Below are positions 1-7,628 of a stretch of 64,000 nucleotides of DNA, piece by piece. Location of the stretch: positions 27,365-91,364 of the forward strand of contig DAOUHE010000178.1 of NCBI GenBank assembly GCA_034428715.1, in the 5' to 3' direction. The DNA is from Dehalococcoidia bacterium. GTDB taxonomy: Bacteria > Chloroflexota > Dehalococcoidia > Lucifugimonadales > UBA3495. The position numbers and the translations under genes are program-made. The notes under the pieces are model-generated. The model ran no database searches. It saw only the letters and a program-made list of their open reading frames with translations, and was not told where the DNA came from. Every line of letters begins with the position of its first letter. The first letter of the stretch is position 1.

Positions 1-81
1 ATAATAATTCGCTATTCATATGAGTCTATAATCGCCGATTTGCCGGGAAATAGATCATGAATCGATTAAAAACAAAAGAAG

Positions 82-228
82 TTGGCTACTCACCGCATTG
101 CGTGGGTGTCCTGCCTGGAAGATACGGCCCGTAGGGTTTGGACCGTCCGGAAACGGCGGTGTTACACTCCCGGCGGCTAAGGTTAAATATCCTCCTGAAT
201 TTCAACCTCCAGGGACAAGGTTCGTCTC
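82..228 (+). promoter_or_regulatory. Leader cassette copy A, paralog of 2514-2659. Candidate 5' UTR / cis-regulatory RNA.
   Basis: Aligns by eye with 2514-2659. Shared blocks are TTGSC..ACCGCA, CCTGGRAGATACGG, GACC, CNGAAAC, GCGGTGNTACACT and TCAACCNCCAGG. CCUGGA at 114-119 is complementary to UCCAGG at 208-213. The same ATGGAATACSGGCGCAT start context follows. Confidence 0.4.
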
Positions 229-375
229 ATGGAATACGGGCGCATAGGTTACCGGCGCGTCGCCTTCGTGTCCAGCCTGTACGGCCAATCGGAGATCTTC
301 GTGATGAACGCCGACGGCAGCGAGCAGCGCCGCCTAACCAACAACACCTCGGAAGATTACTCCCCCAACTGGTGA
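229..375 (+). CDS. 48-aa ORF encoding a single TolB-like PD40 beta-propeller repeat (RRVAFVSSLYGQSEIFVMNADGSEQRRLTNNTSEDYSPNW). Probably a gene remnant.
   Basis: ATG at 229 and TGA at 373-375, read manually (too short for the ORF track). The motif IFVMNADGS..RRLTNN...D..P.W matches the PD40 repeat consensus. It is truncated exactly where WSPDG would follow. Confidence 0.3.
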   Translation: MEYGRIGYRRVAFVSSLYGQSEIFVMNADGSEQRRLTNNTSEDYSPNW

Positions 376-443
376 CCGCTGGCCCTATTCGAAGAGAGTG
401 TTCCGCCAGAACCGTTTACCTGCCGCGTCCACGGTGAATGCCG

Positions 444-2242
444 CTACTCGGGTGGTCGGCCGATGGTGATGGTTATGGAGTCGGTGACGGTATTTCCCAG
501 GGAGTCCGTGATGGACGCGGTTATGACATGAACTCCATCGATCGCATTCGTGACTTCGATGACCGCCCCTTCTCTGGAGCCCTCCTGTATGTCGGAGGTC
601 CACACTATCGATTCACTAATGTCCCCGTCCTCGGGATCAGTAGCCGCACCTTGGGCGTTGATGGTCTCACTGGAAGCAAACGTGGAGCCATCGGCGGGTT
701 GGATGATAGACACGGTGGGAGGGTTGTTCGAGATGGTGACGGTGATGGACTTCGATAGGGTGTTGCCGGCCGAGTCGGTAACGGTTGCGGTGATGATATG
801 TACCCCATCGATCAGGTTGGAGGTTTCGACTACACCTCCTGTCTTGGAGCCCTCCTGTATATTGGAGGTCCACACGGTCTATGCCCGTATGTCACCATCC
901 TCAGGGTCGGTGGCCGTCGACTGAAAGACGATGTTCGTGCCCGAGTTAAAGACGGCTCCATCGGGGGGCTGGATGATCGTCAGTTCCGAGGGCGGCCTGT
1001 CGCCGGGCACGATCACGTAAGCCGCGCCCTTATTAACATCATCTTGTGGCGCACCTACTAAGGCGGTGTCTGCATTGATGCCTACGGCTGCCCCGAAATC
1101 GTCGCCCGCAGCACCGTCGCTGGCGGTGAGCGTATTTACCTCACCCCAGTTGTCGGCGCCTCCCTGGTTACGTGAGAAGACGGAGGCTGAACCATGGGCT
1201 CCCACCAAAATGGTGTCGGTGCTGATGGATAGGGAGATTCCGAATCCTGTCCCATCGACAGTGGCAGTCAGCTTTTTCACCTCACCCCAGTTGTCAGGCC
1301 CCCCTTTGTTGCGTTCGAAGACATAGGCTGAATCCGAAGTGGTCCCCGCCCAGCGCCTTGCTCCTATCACCACGGTGTCTGCGCTGATAGCTAGCGATCT
1401 TCCGAAATTAGCTTCTGGCTCGGCGTCACTGGCGGTCAGCTTTTCTACCTCGCCCCAATTGTCGGCGCCTCCCTGGTTACGCCCGAAGACGTAGACCGAG
1501 CCCGAAAAGGGGCCGGCATGGTCATCACTGGGGGCCCCAACCACCACAGTGTCTCCACTGATGGATACGCTGCTTCCGAAACGGTCATCTGCAGCGGCGT
1601 CGCTGGCGGTCAGCCTTCTTACCTCGCCCCAGTTGTCGGCGCCTCCCTGGTTACGCGAGAAGACGTAGGCTGAACCTGAATTGGTTGGGCCCGCGCCATC
1701 TGCGCGTCGTGCCCCAACCACCGCCGTGTCTCCACTGATGGCTACGCTGCTTCCGAAATGGCCGTCTCCCGAGGCGTCGCTGGCGATGAACTTCTTCACC
1801 TCGCCCCAGTTGTCGGCGCCTCCCTGGTTACGCGAAAAGGCGTAGGCCGAGCCTGCCGCTTGGCGGCTTGGGGGTCTAAATGTGCGCCGACCACCACGGT
1901 GTTTCCACTGATAGCGACAGGTTTTCCGAAATTTGTGCCGGCCCTTCCGGCCAACTTTTTCACCTCCCCCCAATTGTCAGTTCCTCCATGATCGCGCGAG
2001 AACACGTAAGCCGCGCCCGACTCTACGTTGGGGGCTGCGCCGACCACCGCCGTGTCTCCACTGATTGCTACGCTCACGCCAAAATAGTCGTAAGCAGCAC
2101 CGTCGCTTGCGGTGAGCCTGGTTTGTTGGATCTCGCTTTCTCCGCTGGCGGGTGCGGCGCTCGGCAAAAGCAGTATTATCATCGCTGCCACCAGTACGGC
2201 TAACGGTTTAAACATTTTGAGGTTGAATGGCTTCACGAGCAT
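444..2242 (-). pseudogene. Secreted FG-GAP repeat (integrin-alpha-like beta-propeller) protein with two C-terminal Ig-like repeats. Disrupted by one frameshift and one in-frame TAG.
   Basis: Three consecutive minus-strand ORFs (1796-2242, 879-1973, 444-875) form one protein. It has a signal peptide (MFKPLAVLVAAMIILLLPSAAPASG), about 8 repeats of FGxSVAISGDTxVVGA...SGSAYVFxRNQGGADNWGEV, and two ~90-aa repeats (IIQPxDGxxF...TDPEDGDI..VWTSxIQEGS). The frame changes near 1851-1867. An in-frame TAG sits at 879-881 where the sister repeat has TCG (Ser). Confidence 0.75.
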
Positions 2243-2513
2243 TTCTGACCTCCTGTTGTGGTTGGAGCCTCTCCCACCAAGCAGTCTTCGCCCGGGATCA
2301 CCGTGGGCTTCTGCGATTAACCCTCAGCAAGCATAATGCGGTGTCGCTGTGTACTATTGAACTTAAATCCTTGAGGATGGCCCGGACTATAGTATGGTGG
2401 CCGTGGTCTGTCAAATTTCGTCCGATTTACCTAAGCGATTGGTTGAAAGTATGAACGTAATGCGGCGGGTATTCTCATTCGACGTTTATGAATCAATTGT
2501 AGCGGAAAGAAAA

Positions 2514-2659
2514 TTGCCAATTTACCGCAATGTACCGTCATTCCACCTGGGAGATACGGTCCTAGATGCTAGACCATCCAGAAACAGCGGTGATACACTG
2601 CCCGCATCTAATGCGGGATTCTTCCCTGGGTCTCAACCGCCAGGAAAAGTGGATACTAA
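2514..2659 (+). promoter_or_regulatory. Leader cassette copy B, paralog of 82-228. Candidate 5' UTR / cis-regulatory RNA of the flavin-reductase operon.
   Basis: Shares the conserved blocks of copy A. CCUGG at 2546-2550 is complementary to CCAGG at 2640-2644. Local hairpins are GGUCCUAG-AUG-CUAGACC (2558-2575) and CCCGC-AUCUAAU-GCGGG (2601-2617). It ends at the ATG of the 2660 CDS. Confidence 0.45.
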
Positions 2660-3268
2660 ATGGAATACCGGCGCATCGCCCCTTTGATGGGCAATCTTTG
2701 GTCTCCCATAGTTGCGGTTACCAGCCGGTGGCAGGAGAAGTGCAACGTTCAGATTGCGGTGGCCATTTGCGGGGCATCCATCGTTCCGGAGATGCCCAGG
2801 GTGCTGCTCCAGATCTACAAGAACAACCACAGCCACGGTATGATCTACGACAGCGGCGCATTCGCGCTGAACTTTCTTCGGCCGGACCAGTTGGGCCTGA
2901 TAAAGGCGTTTGGGTTTGTCTCTGGACGGGACCAGGACAAGTTGAGGGACATCCCCTTCCGGTTGGGAGAGGCGGGCAACCCCCTTCTTGACGAGTGCTG
3001 GGGATATCTGGATTGCCGGGTGGTCAACGCCATGGACGGCGGAGACATGACCTGTTTTTTGGCCGACGTGGTGGACGGTGATACCCTGGTGGAAGGGGAG
3101 CCGCTGTTGTGGAGGGAGGCCCGCCGCCGGTTGCCCGCCGAGTGGATGGAGGAGTGGGACCGGAAGATATCCGGCGAGATCGAACTCTCTAAACAACGCA
3201 TGAACCAGATCGACCCTATTCCCGGCCCGACTCAATGGAACAAAGATTCACCCAGAACTCTGGATTAG
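2660..3268 (+). CDS. Flavin reductase-like (FMN-binding split-barrel) domain protein.
   Basis: 202-aa ORF. The N-terminal two thirds (LWSPIVAVTSR...QIAVAICGASIVPE...GMIYDSGAFALNFL...LDCRVVNAMDGGDMTCFLADVV) resemble the flavin reductase / DIM6-NTAB fold family. Confidence 0.65.
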   Translation: MEYRRIAPLMGNLWSPIVAVTSRWQEKCNVQIAVAICGASIVPEMPRVLLQIYKNNHSHGMIYDSGAFALNFLRPDQLGLIKAFGFVSGRDQDKLRDIPFRLGEAGNPLLDECWGYLDCRVVNAMDGGDMTCFLADVVDGDTLVEGEPLLWREARRRLPAEWMEEWDRKISGEIELSKQRMNQIDPIPGPTQWNKDSPRTLD

Positions 3269-3283
3269 CCTGCTCGAGAGCCT

Positions 3284-4417
3284 ATGAACGACGTACAAGA
3301 ATTGATCCAGCAGATCCATGACTCCCCACCCCTGGTGGTGCTGGCAGTGGCCGGGGCCGGCAACCAGTCTATCGCTTGGTTGTTGGGCGTGGCGGGGGCA
3401 TCACGGACCTTGCTGGAGGTATTGGTGCCTTACGGCAGGCTTTCGATGATCGATCTACTCGGCCACGAGCCCGACCAGTATGTTTCCAGCGATACGGCAC
3501 GTAAGATGGCCGGAGCGGCCTACCGCCGGGCATTGGCGTTGCGGGAAGAGGTGCCTCCAGTGGTGGGAATAGCCTGCACCGCCACTATCGCCACCGACCG
3601 GGCAAAGCGGGGCGAGCACCGGGCCTACGTGGCGGCGTGGGACCAGGCGGGATGCTCGGTATACAGCCTGCTGTTGAATAAAGGTCTGCGAGACCGGGCG
3701 GGGGAAGATGATTTGGTGAGCCGGCTGGTGGTCACGGCCTTGGCCACCGTTTCAGGGATCGAATCAGAGCTCGATCTGGACCTGACCGATGGTGACCTTT
3801 TGGAGATCCAAAGGACCGGGCACCCAGGCCCTATCGAGCTCCTTTTGGCCGGCGAGACCGGCATGGTGGTGGTATACCCCGACGGGCGCATGGCCGCCGA
3901 TGAGCCGGTGTCGGGAGCAATCTTGCCCGGTTCCTTCAGCCCCTTTCACCAAGGACACCAGCGTTTGGCCGAAGCCGCCGCAGAAATCACCGGCAAGCAG
4001 GTTATCTTTGAGCTTTCCGTGGTCAACGTGGACAAACCTCCCCTTGAGCCCGCCGAGATCAGGGAAAGGCTGACCCAGTTCCAGGGTAAAGCAACGGTGG
4101 TGTTGACCAGGGCCGAGACGTTCCGGAAAAAGGCGGACCTGTTTCCCGACTGTCCATTTGTCATCGGGTGGGACACCGCGGTCCGGCTGGTCGCGCCCCG
4201 GTATTACGGCGATTCCTCTGCCAACATGCTTACCGCCCTGGCGGAGATTTGGGCCGCCGGTTGCAAATTCCTGGTGGCAGGGCGGGAGGATGCCGGCGTT
4301 TTTAAAACCCTGGCCGACGTCCCCGTGCCCCAGGGATTCGCGCCGCTGTTCCAGGAGATCGGAGAATCTCAATTCCGAGAGGATATATCGTCCACCGCCC
4401 TGCGGGCGGGACCGTAA
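3284..4417 (+). CDS. Two-domain protein with an N-terminal CinA-C/PncC-like domain and a C-terminal cytidylyltransferase-like (HxGH) nucleotidyltransferase domain.
   Basis: 377-aa ORF starting 16 nt after the previous stop. The N-terminus (LVVLAVAGAGNQSIAWLLGVAGASRTLLEVLVPY) resembles the CinA C-terminal domain. The C-terminal half carries GSFSPFHQGHQRLAEAA, the (T/H)xGH signature of NadD-type adenylyltransferases. Confidence 0.55.
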   Translation: MNDVQELIQQIHDSPPLVVLAVAGAGNQSIAWLLGVAGASRTLLEVLVPYGRLSMIDLLGHEPDQYVSSDTARKMAGAAYRRALALREEVPPVVGIACTATIATDRAKRGEHRAYVAAWDQAGCSVYSLLLNKGLRDRAGEDDLVSRLVVTALATVSGIESELDLDLTDGDLLEIQRTGHPGPIELLLAGETGMVVVYPDGRMAADEPVSGAILPGSFSPFHQGHQRLAEAAAEITGKQVIFELSVVNVDKPPLEPAEIRERLTQFQGKATVVLTRAETFRKKADLFPDCPFVIGWDTAVRLVAPRYYGDSSANMLTALAEIWAAGCKFLVAGREDAGVFKTLADVPVPQGFAPLFQEIGESQFREDISSTALRAGP

Positions 4418-4490
4418 AACCCGGCAGGGGTATTGCCTCGCCGATTAGCTGGACCGAGGTCAAAATCGCCTGCAAAAGACGGCATCCAAA

Positions 4491-4520
4491 TTGACACTCC
4501 TCGTTTGCCGATGGTATATT
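4491..4520 (+). promoter_or_regulatory. Sigma-70-like promoter candidate for the nuo operon.
   Basis: TTGACA (4491-4496), an 18-nt spacer, then TATATT (4515-4520), about 70 nt upstream of nuoA. Confidence 0.45.
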
Positions 4521-4589
4521 GAAGGCGATCTCTCCACTGCGCTTTAGTTGCGCTAACCCCTGGATCTTCCGGCGCTTGACCGTATATAT

Positions 4590-5012
4590 ATGTGGGTAAC
4601 ACCCGCAATAATGCTACAGGCTTTCGACCCCGGCATATTTGCCGCTAATTGGACCGCGGTCGCTCTATCGGCCGTAGTCGCCGCTGCGGCGATTTTGGGC
4701 ATGTTTGCCACTTCTAGGATCCTTTCCTCCCGGCGTCCCTCAGAGATCAAACTTTCTCCCTACGAATGCGGTATCCCGCCGACCCCGTATAATTGGTCGA
4801 ATATCAACGTCCGGTTTTACATCTTCGCCATCCTGTTCTTGATATTCGACGTTGAGGCGGTTTTCCTGTTCCCGTGGGCCGTGATATTCATGCATCAGAA
4901 AGTCGTCGAGGCCAACGCCATTCCCTTTTACGCCATGATGCTATTTTTGGGCGTGTTGTTTTTCGCCATCGTCTACGCTTGGAAAAAGGGGGCATTGGAA
5001 TGGCAGAGATAA
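4590..5012 (+). CDS. nuoA: NADH-quinone oxidoreductase subunit A.
   Basis: 140-aa membrane ORF with PYECGIPP and the [12 protein letters not shown] motif. The start is uncertain; ATG 4611 is an alternative. Confidence 0.9.
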   Translation: MWVTPAIMLQAFDPGIFAANWTAVALSAVVAAAAILGMFATSRILSSRRPSEIKLSPYECGIPPTPYNWSNINVRFYIFAILFLIFDVEAVFLFPWAVIFMHQKVVEANAIPFYAMMLFLGVLFFAIVYAWKKGALEWQR

Positions 5013-5536
5013 CCCCGGGCGGCGGTAACCGGCCAGCCCCTAGTCTGTTGAATCAGGCCACGGCGGGTAAGGTGCCGGGCATCATCACCACCACCACCGA
5101 GCAACTGTTCGCCATGGCGCGCAAATCTTCTCTTTGGACCCTGAGTTTCGGCCTTGCCTGCTGCGCCATTGAGATGATGTCCACCTACATGGCCCATTAT
5201 GATTTTGACCGTTTCGGCGTCGTGACCTGGCCTTCGCCGCGGCAGTCCGACGTCATGATCGTCGCTGGCACCGTGGTAAAAAAGATGGCCGACCCGATTC
5301 GGCTGCTCTACGAGCAGATGCCCGACCCTAAATGGGTGATAGCTATGGGCAGTTGCGCAACGAATGGTGGGCCCTACTACCGGTCTTATTCGGTGGTGAT
5401 GGGGGTGGACCATATCATACCGGTGGATGTCTATGTCCCTGGCTGTCCGCCGCGGCCCGAGGCTCTGCTTTACGGAATAGTGAAGCTCCAGGAAAAAATC
5501 ATGCAGGACGCGAGCGACGGTGGCGGAGCAGGATAG
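5000..5536 (+). CDS. nuoB: NADH-quinone oxidoreductase subunit B.
   Basis: Motifs [21 protein letters not shown] and [11 protein letters not shown]. Start moved to ATG 5000 (MAEITPGG), overlapping the nuoA end by 13 nt. Confidence 0.93.
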   Translation: MAEITPGGGNRPAPSLLNQATAGKVPGIITTTTEQLFAMARKSSLWTLSFGLACCAIEMMSTYMAHYDFDRFGVVTWPSPRQSDVMIVAGTVVKKMADPIRLLYEQMPDPKWVIAMGSCATNGGPYYRSYSVVMGVDHIIPVDVYVPGCPPRPEALLYGIVKLQEKIMQDASDGGGAG

Positions 5537-6059
5537 CGGCCAACCGGCAACTTCTGCCAAGCCAACCGCGGAGGCACAACCTGACCTTAGCAGGTTAAGT
5601 CCACCGGACAAAGAGTTGCTGGACCGCTTGGCAGGCGCATTGGCGGAATTCCACCCCGTGATAGACGTCCTCTACGATATCCCCCAAGTCACTATCGAAG
5701 CCGCTAACCTGGCCAGGGCTTGCCGGGTTGCCAAGGATGATCCTGGAATCAATGCCAGTCAATTGATGTGTCTTGCCTGCGTGGACTATGAGGAACACTT
5801 TCAACTGGTATACATCCTTCATTCCATGGACCCCGAAGGCACCATGGTCATCAAGGCCGATGTTCCCTACGACCTGCCCAAAGCCCCATCGGTGGCTTCG
5901 GTGTGGCGTGCCGCGGACTGGTATGAACGGGAAACCCACGATCTCTTCGGAGTGGTGTTTGAGGGACATCCCGAACTAGCGCCCCTTTTATTGTACGAAG
6001 GGTTCGAAGGGTTTCCAGGCCGCAAGTCTTTCCCATTCAACGAGTATCAAGAGTTCTGA
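5520..6059 (+). CDS. nuoC: NADH-quinone oxidoreductase subunit C.
   Basis: 179-aa ORF with [18 protein letters not shown], the NuoC 30-kDa subunit signature. GTG start overlaps the nuoB end. Confidence 0.9.
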   Translation: MAEQDSGQPATSAKPTAEAQPDLSRLSPPDKELLDRLAGALAEFHPVIDVLYDIPQVTIEAANLARACRVAKDDPGINASQLMCLACVDYEEHFQLVYILHSMDPEGTMVIKADVPYDLPKAPSVASVWRAADWYERETHDLFGVVFEGHPELAPLLLYEGFEGFPGRKSFPFNEYQEF

Positions 6060-6064
6060 CGTTT

Positions 6065-6310
6065 GTGGAAAGCGTGGTGTTGACAGCCCGGGTTACTTGG
6101 GACGAAGCGTGCTATGTGGCCAGGGTCGACCAGCTTTCGTTGGAGGGGTCTGGTAACACCCTGGAAGCGGCCAAAGATGAACTGATCGATGTGGTCAGGT
6201 CGTGGATCCAAGACCTAGACGGCACCGGCGGCCTGGGCCAAATCCTGGCGGATGCCGGATTTCCCGGGGTCGAAGACGACACCGAGGTCCGGCTGGAATT
6301 TGTTGAATAG
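6065..6310 (+). CDS. Small HicB-like (UPF0150 fold) protein embedded in the nuo operon.
   Basis: 81-aa ORF with a GTG start 5 nt after the nuoC stop. LTARVTWDEACYVARVDQLSLEGSGNTLEAAKDELIDVVRSWIQ matches the HicB/UPF0150 pattern (beta-strands, then G.T.EEA...A...). No HicA partner is nearby. Confidence 0.5.
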   Translation: MESVVLTARVTWDEACYVARVDQLSLEGSGNTLEAAKDELIDVVRSWIQDLDGTGGLGQILADAGFPGVEDDTEVRLEFVE

Positions 6311-6346
6311 AGGCAATCTCAAGAACCTATACGAAAAAAGAACATG

Positions 6347-6412
6347 TCCTTCGACGGGCTCAGGACGAACGGGAATGACCTTTTACCCGTTCGTGGTGAG
6401 CTTGTCGAACCA
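6347..6412. repeat. REP-like imperfect palindrome (GGGCTCAGGACGAACGG family).
   Basis: TTCGACGGGCTCAGGACGAACGGG, a 13-nt loop, then CCCGTTCGTGGTGAGCTTGTCGAA. A related copy lies at 14165-14278. Confidence 0.7.
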
Positions 6413-6467
6413 TTTTTGAGATGGGTTCAAGTTGGACCGTGCACAACCGGCATGAGCGATCATCGTA

Positions 6468-7628
6468 ATGAGTGACATTACCGAGAGTGACGTTGCGGAG
6501 ACTGACGTATCCGGCAAAATAGCCTCCGTGGGTGAGCCCATGGAGATGCTGTTAAATATGGGTCCTCAACACCCCTCCACCCACGGCGTTTTCCGCCTGG
6601 TTCTGCGGGTGGACGGAGAGAAGATATTGGATTCCGAACCCCATATCGGGTACCTACACCGGGGCTCGGAAAAACTGTGTGAAGGGGAACAGTACCATCA
6701 GGTGATCACCCTCTTCGACCGCATGGACTACATCGCCAATTTCAACAACGAGATGGTGTATTGCATGGCGGTGGAAAAGCTGATGGGCCTAACCGTTCCC
6801 GAGCGGGCCGAATATGTGCGGGTGATACTTTGCGAGTTGAACCGTATCGCAAGCCATCTTCTGTTTGTCGCCACCATTGGACTTGACGCCGGCGCCATGA
6901 CCCCGTCTATGATCTGCTTCCGGGGCAGAGAGCGGGTCCAGGCTCTTTTTGAAGCCGTCTCTGGCGCCAGGATGATGCACAACTACTTCCGGGTGGGCGG
7001 CATCAAAGAGGACCTGCCTGAGAATTTTGGGGAAATGGTTGGAGAGCTTCTCCCTTTGTTGCGGGAGGATGTGGAGGAGTCGGACAAGCTGTTGACGTTC
7101 AACGAGATCTTCTTGGCCCGCCTAAAAAACGTGGGAGTGATCTCAACCGAGGACGCCCTGGATTATGGGTTGACCGGACCGTGCCTCAGGGCTTGTGGCC
7201 TGGATTACGATCTGCGCAAAGTCCAGCCGTATTCGGTGTATGACCGGTTTGAGTTCGACGTTCCGGTGGGACTGGATGGCGATTGTTGGGACCGGCATTA
7301 CGTCCGGGTCCAAGAGATGTACGAGTCCTTGAAGATCGTGGAGCAAGCCCTGGAGCAAATGCCCGAAGGCAACATAGCCTCTTCCTTGGGGCGCCGCCTG
7401 ATCCGGCCGCCCAAAGGCGAGGTATACGTTCGGGCCGAGAATCCCCGTGGAGAGATCGGGGTTTACCTGGTAAGTGACGGCACTGACAAACCCTACCGGT
7501 TGAAGGTTCGCCCGCCCTCGTTCTGTAACCTTTCCGCTATCAGGCATCTGTTACGGGATTCGTGGGTGGCCGACTCAGTGGTGATCCTGGGCTCACTGGA
7601 TATCGTGTTGGGCGAGGTGGACCGGTGA
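6468..7628 (+). CDS. nuoD: NADH-quinone oxidoreductase subunit D.
   Basis: 386-aa ORF with LNMGPQHPSTHGVFRL and a C-terminal LGEVDR. Confidence 0.95.
   Translation: MSDITESDVAETDVSGKIASVGEPMEMLLNMGPQHPSTHGVFRLVLRVDGEKILDSEPHIGYLHRGSEKLCEGEQYHQVITLFDRMDYIANFNNEMVYCMAVEKLMGLTVPERAEYVRVILCELNRIASHLLFVATIGLDAGAMTPSMICFRGRERVQALFEAVSGARMMHNYFRVGGIKEDLPENFGEMVGELLPLLREDVEESDKLLTFNEIFLARLKNVGVISTEDALDYGLTGPCLRACGLDYDLRKVQPYSVYDRFEFDVPVGLDGDCWDRHYVRVQEMYESLKIVEQALEQMPEGNIASSLGRRLIRPPKGEVYVRAENPRGEIGVYLVSDGTDKPYRLKVRPPSFCNLSAIRHLLRDSWVADSVVILGSLDIVLGEVDR

Noticed and set aside
120-180. Resemblance of copy A strings (GUAGGGUU, ACGGCGG, CCCGGCGG) to the ykkC / guanidine-I riboswitch consensus.
   Set aside because: The hallmark GGUCCGAGAG and AAAAGCCCGGGAGA segments are absent. 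Copy B does not retain the matching strings, and the downstream genes are not typical ykkC-regulated functions. I retained it only as an unclassified candidate.
138-437. ORFs 138-437 (99 aa) and 2566-2991 (141 aa) share an N-terminal D(R/H)PETAV(L/I)H string and might look like a small conserved protein family.
   Set aside because: The similarity is confined to the conserved nucleotide blocks of the leader cassette and vanishes afterwards. Both ORFs overlap better-supported genes or other frames, have Arg/Pro-rich GC-shadow composition, and lack ribosome-binding sites. The shared residues are a by-product of nucleotide conservation.
879-881. The in-frame TAG in the FG-GAP/Ig-like gene as possible stop-codon recoding (pyrrolysine or read-through).
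   Set aside because: No pyl genes or PYLIS-like context are visible. TAG is used as an ordinary terminator elsewhere in the window, including the end of the same gene at 444-446. The sister repeat shows a simple TCG-to-TAG change, and the gene also carries a frameshift.
6065-6310. The HicB-like ORF as part of a toxin-antitoxin module.
   Set aside because: No HicA-like small basic ORF lies on either side, there is no DNA-binding extension, and the ORF is translationally coupled to nuoC. I kept it as an operon-embedded small protein rather than a TA system.
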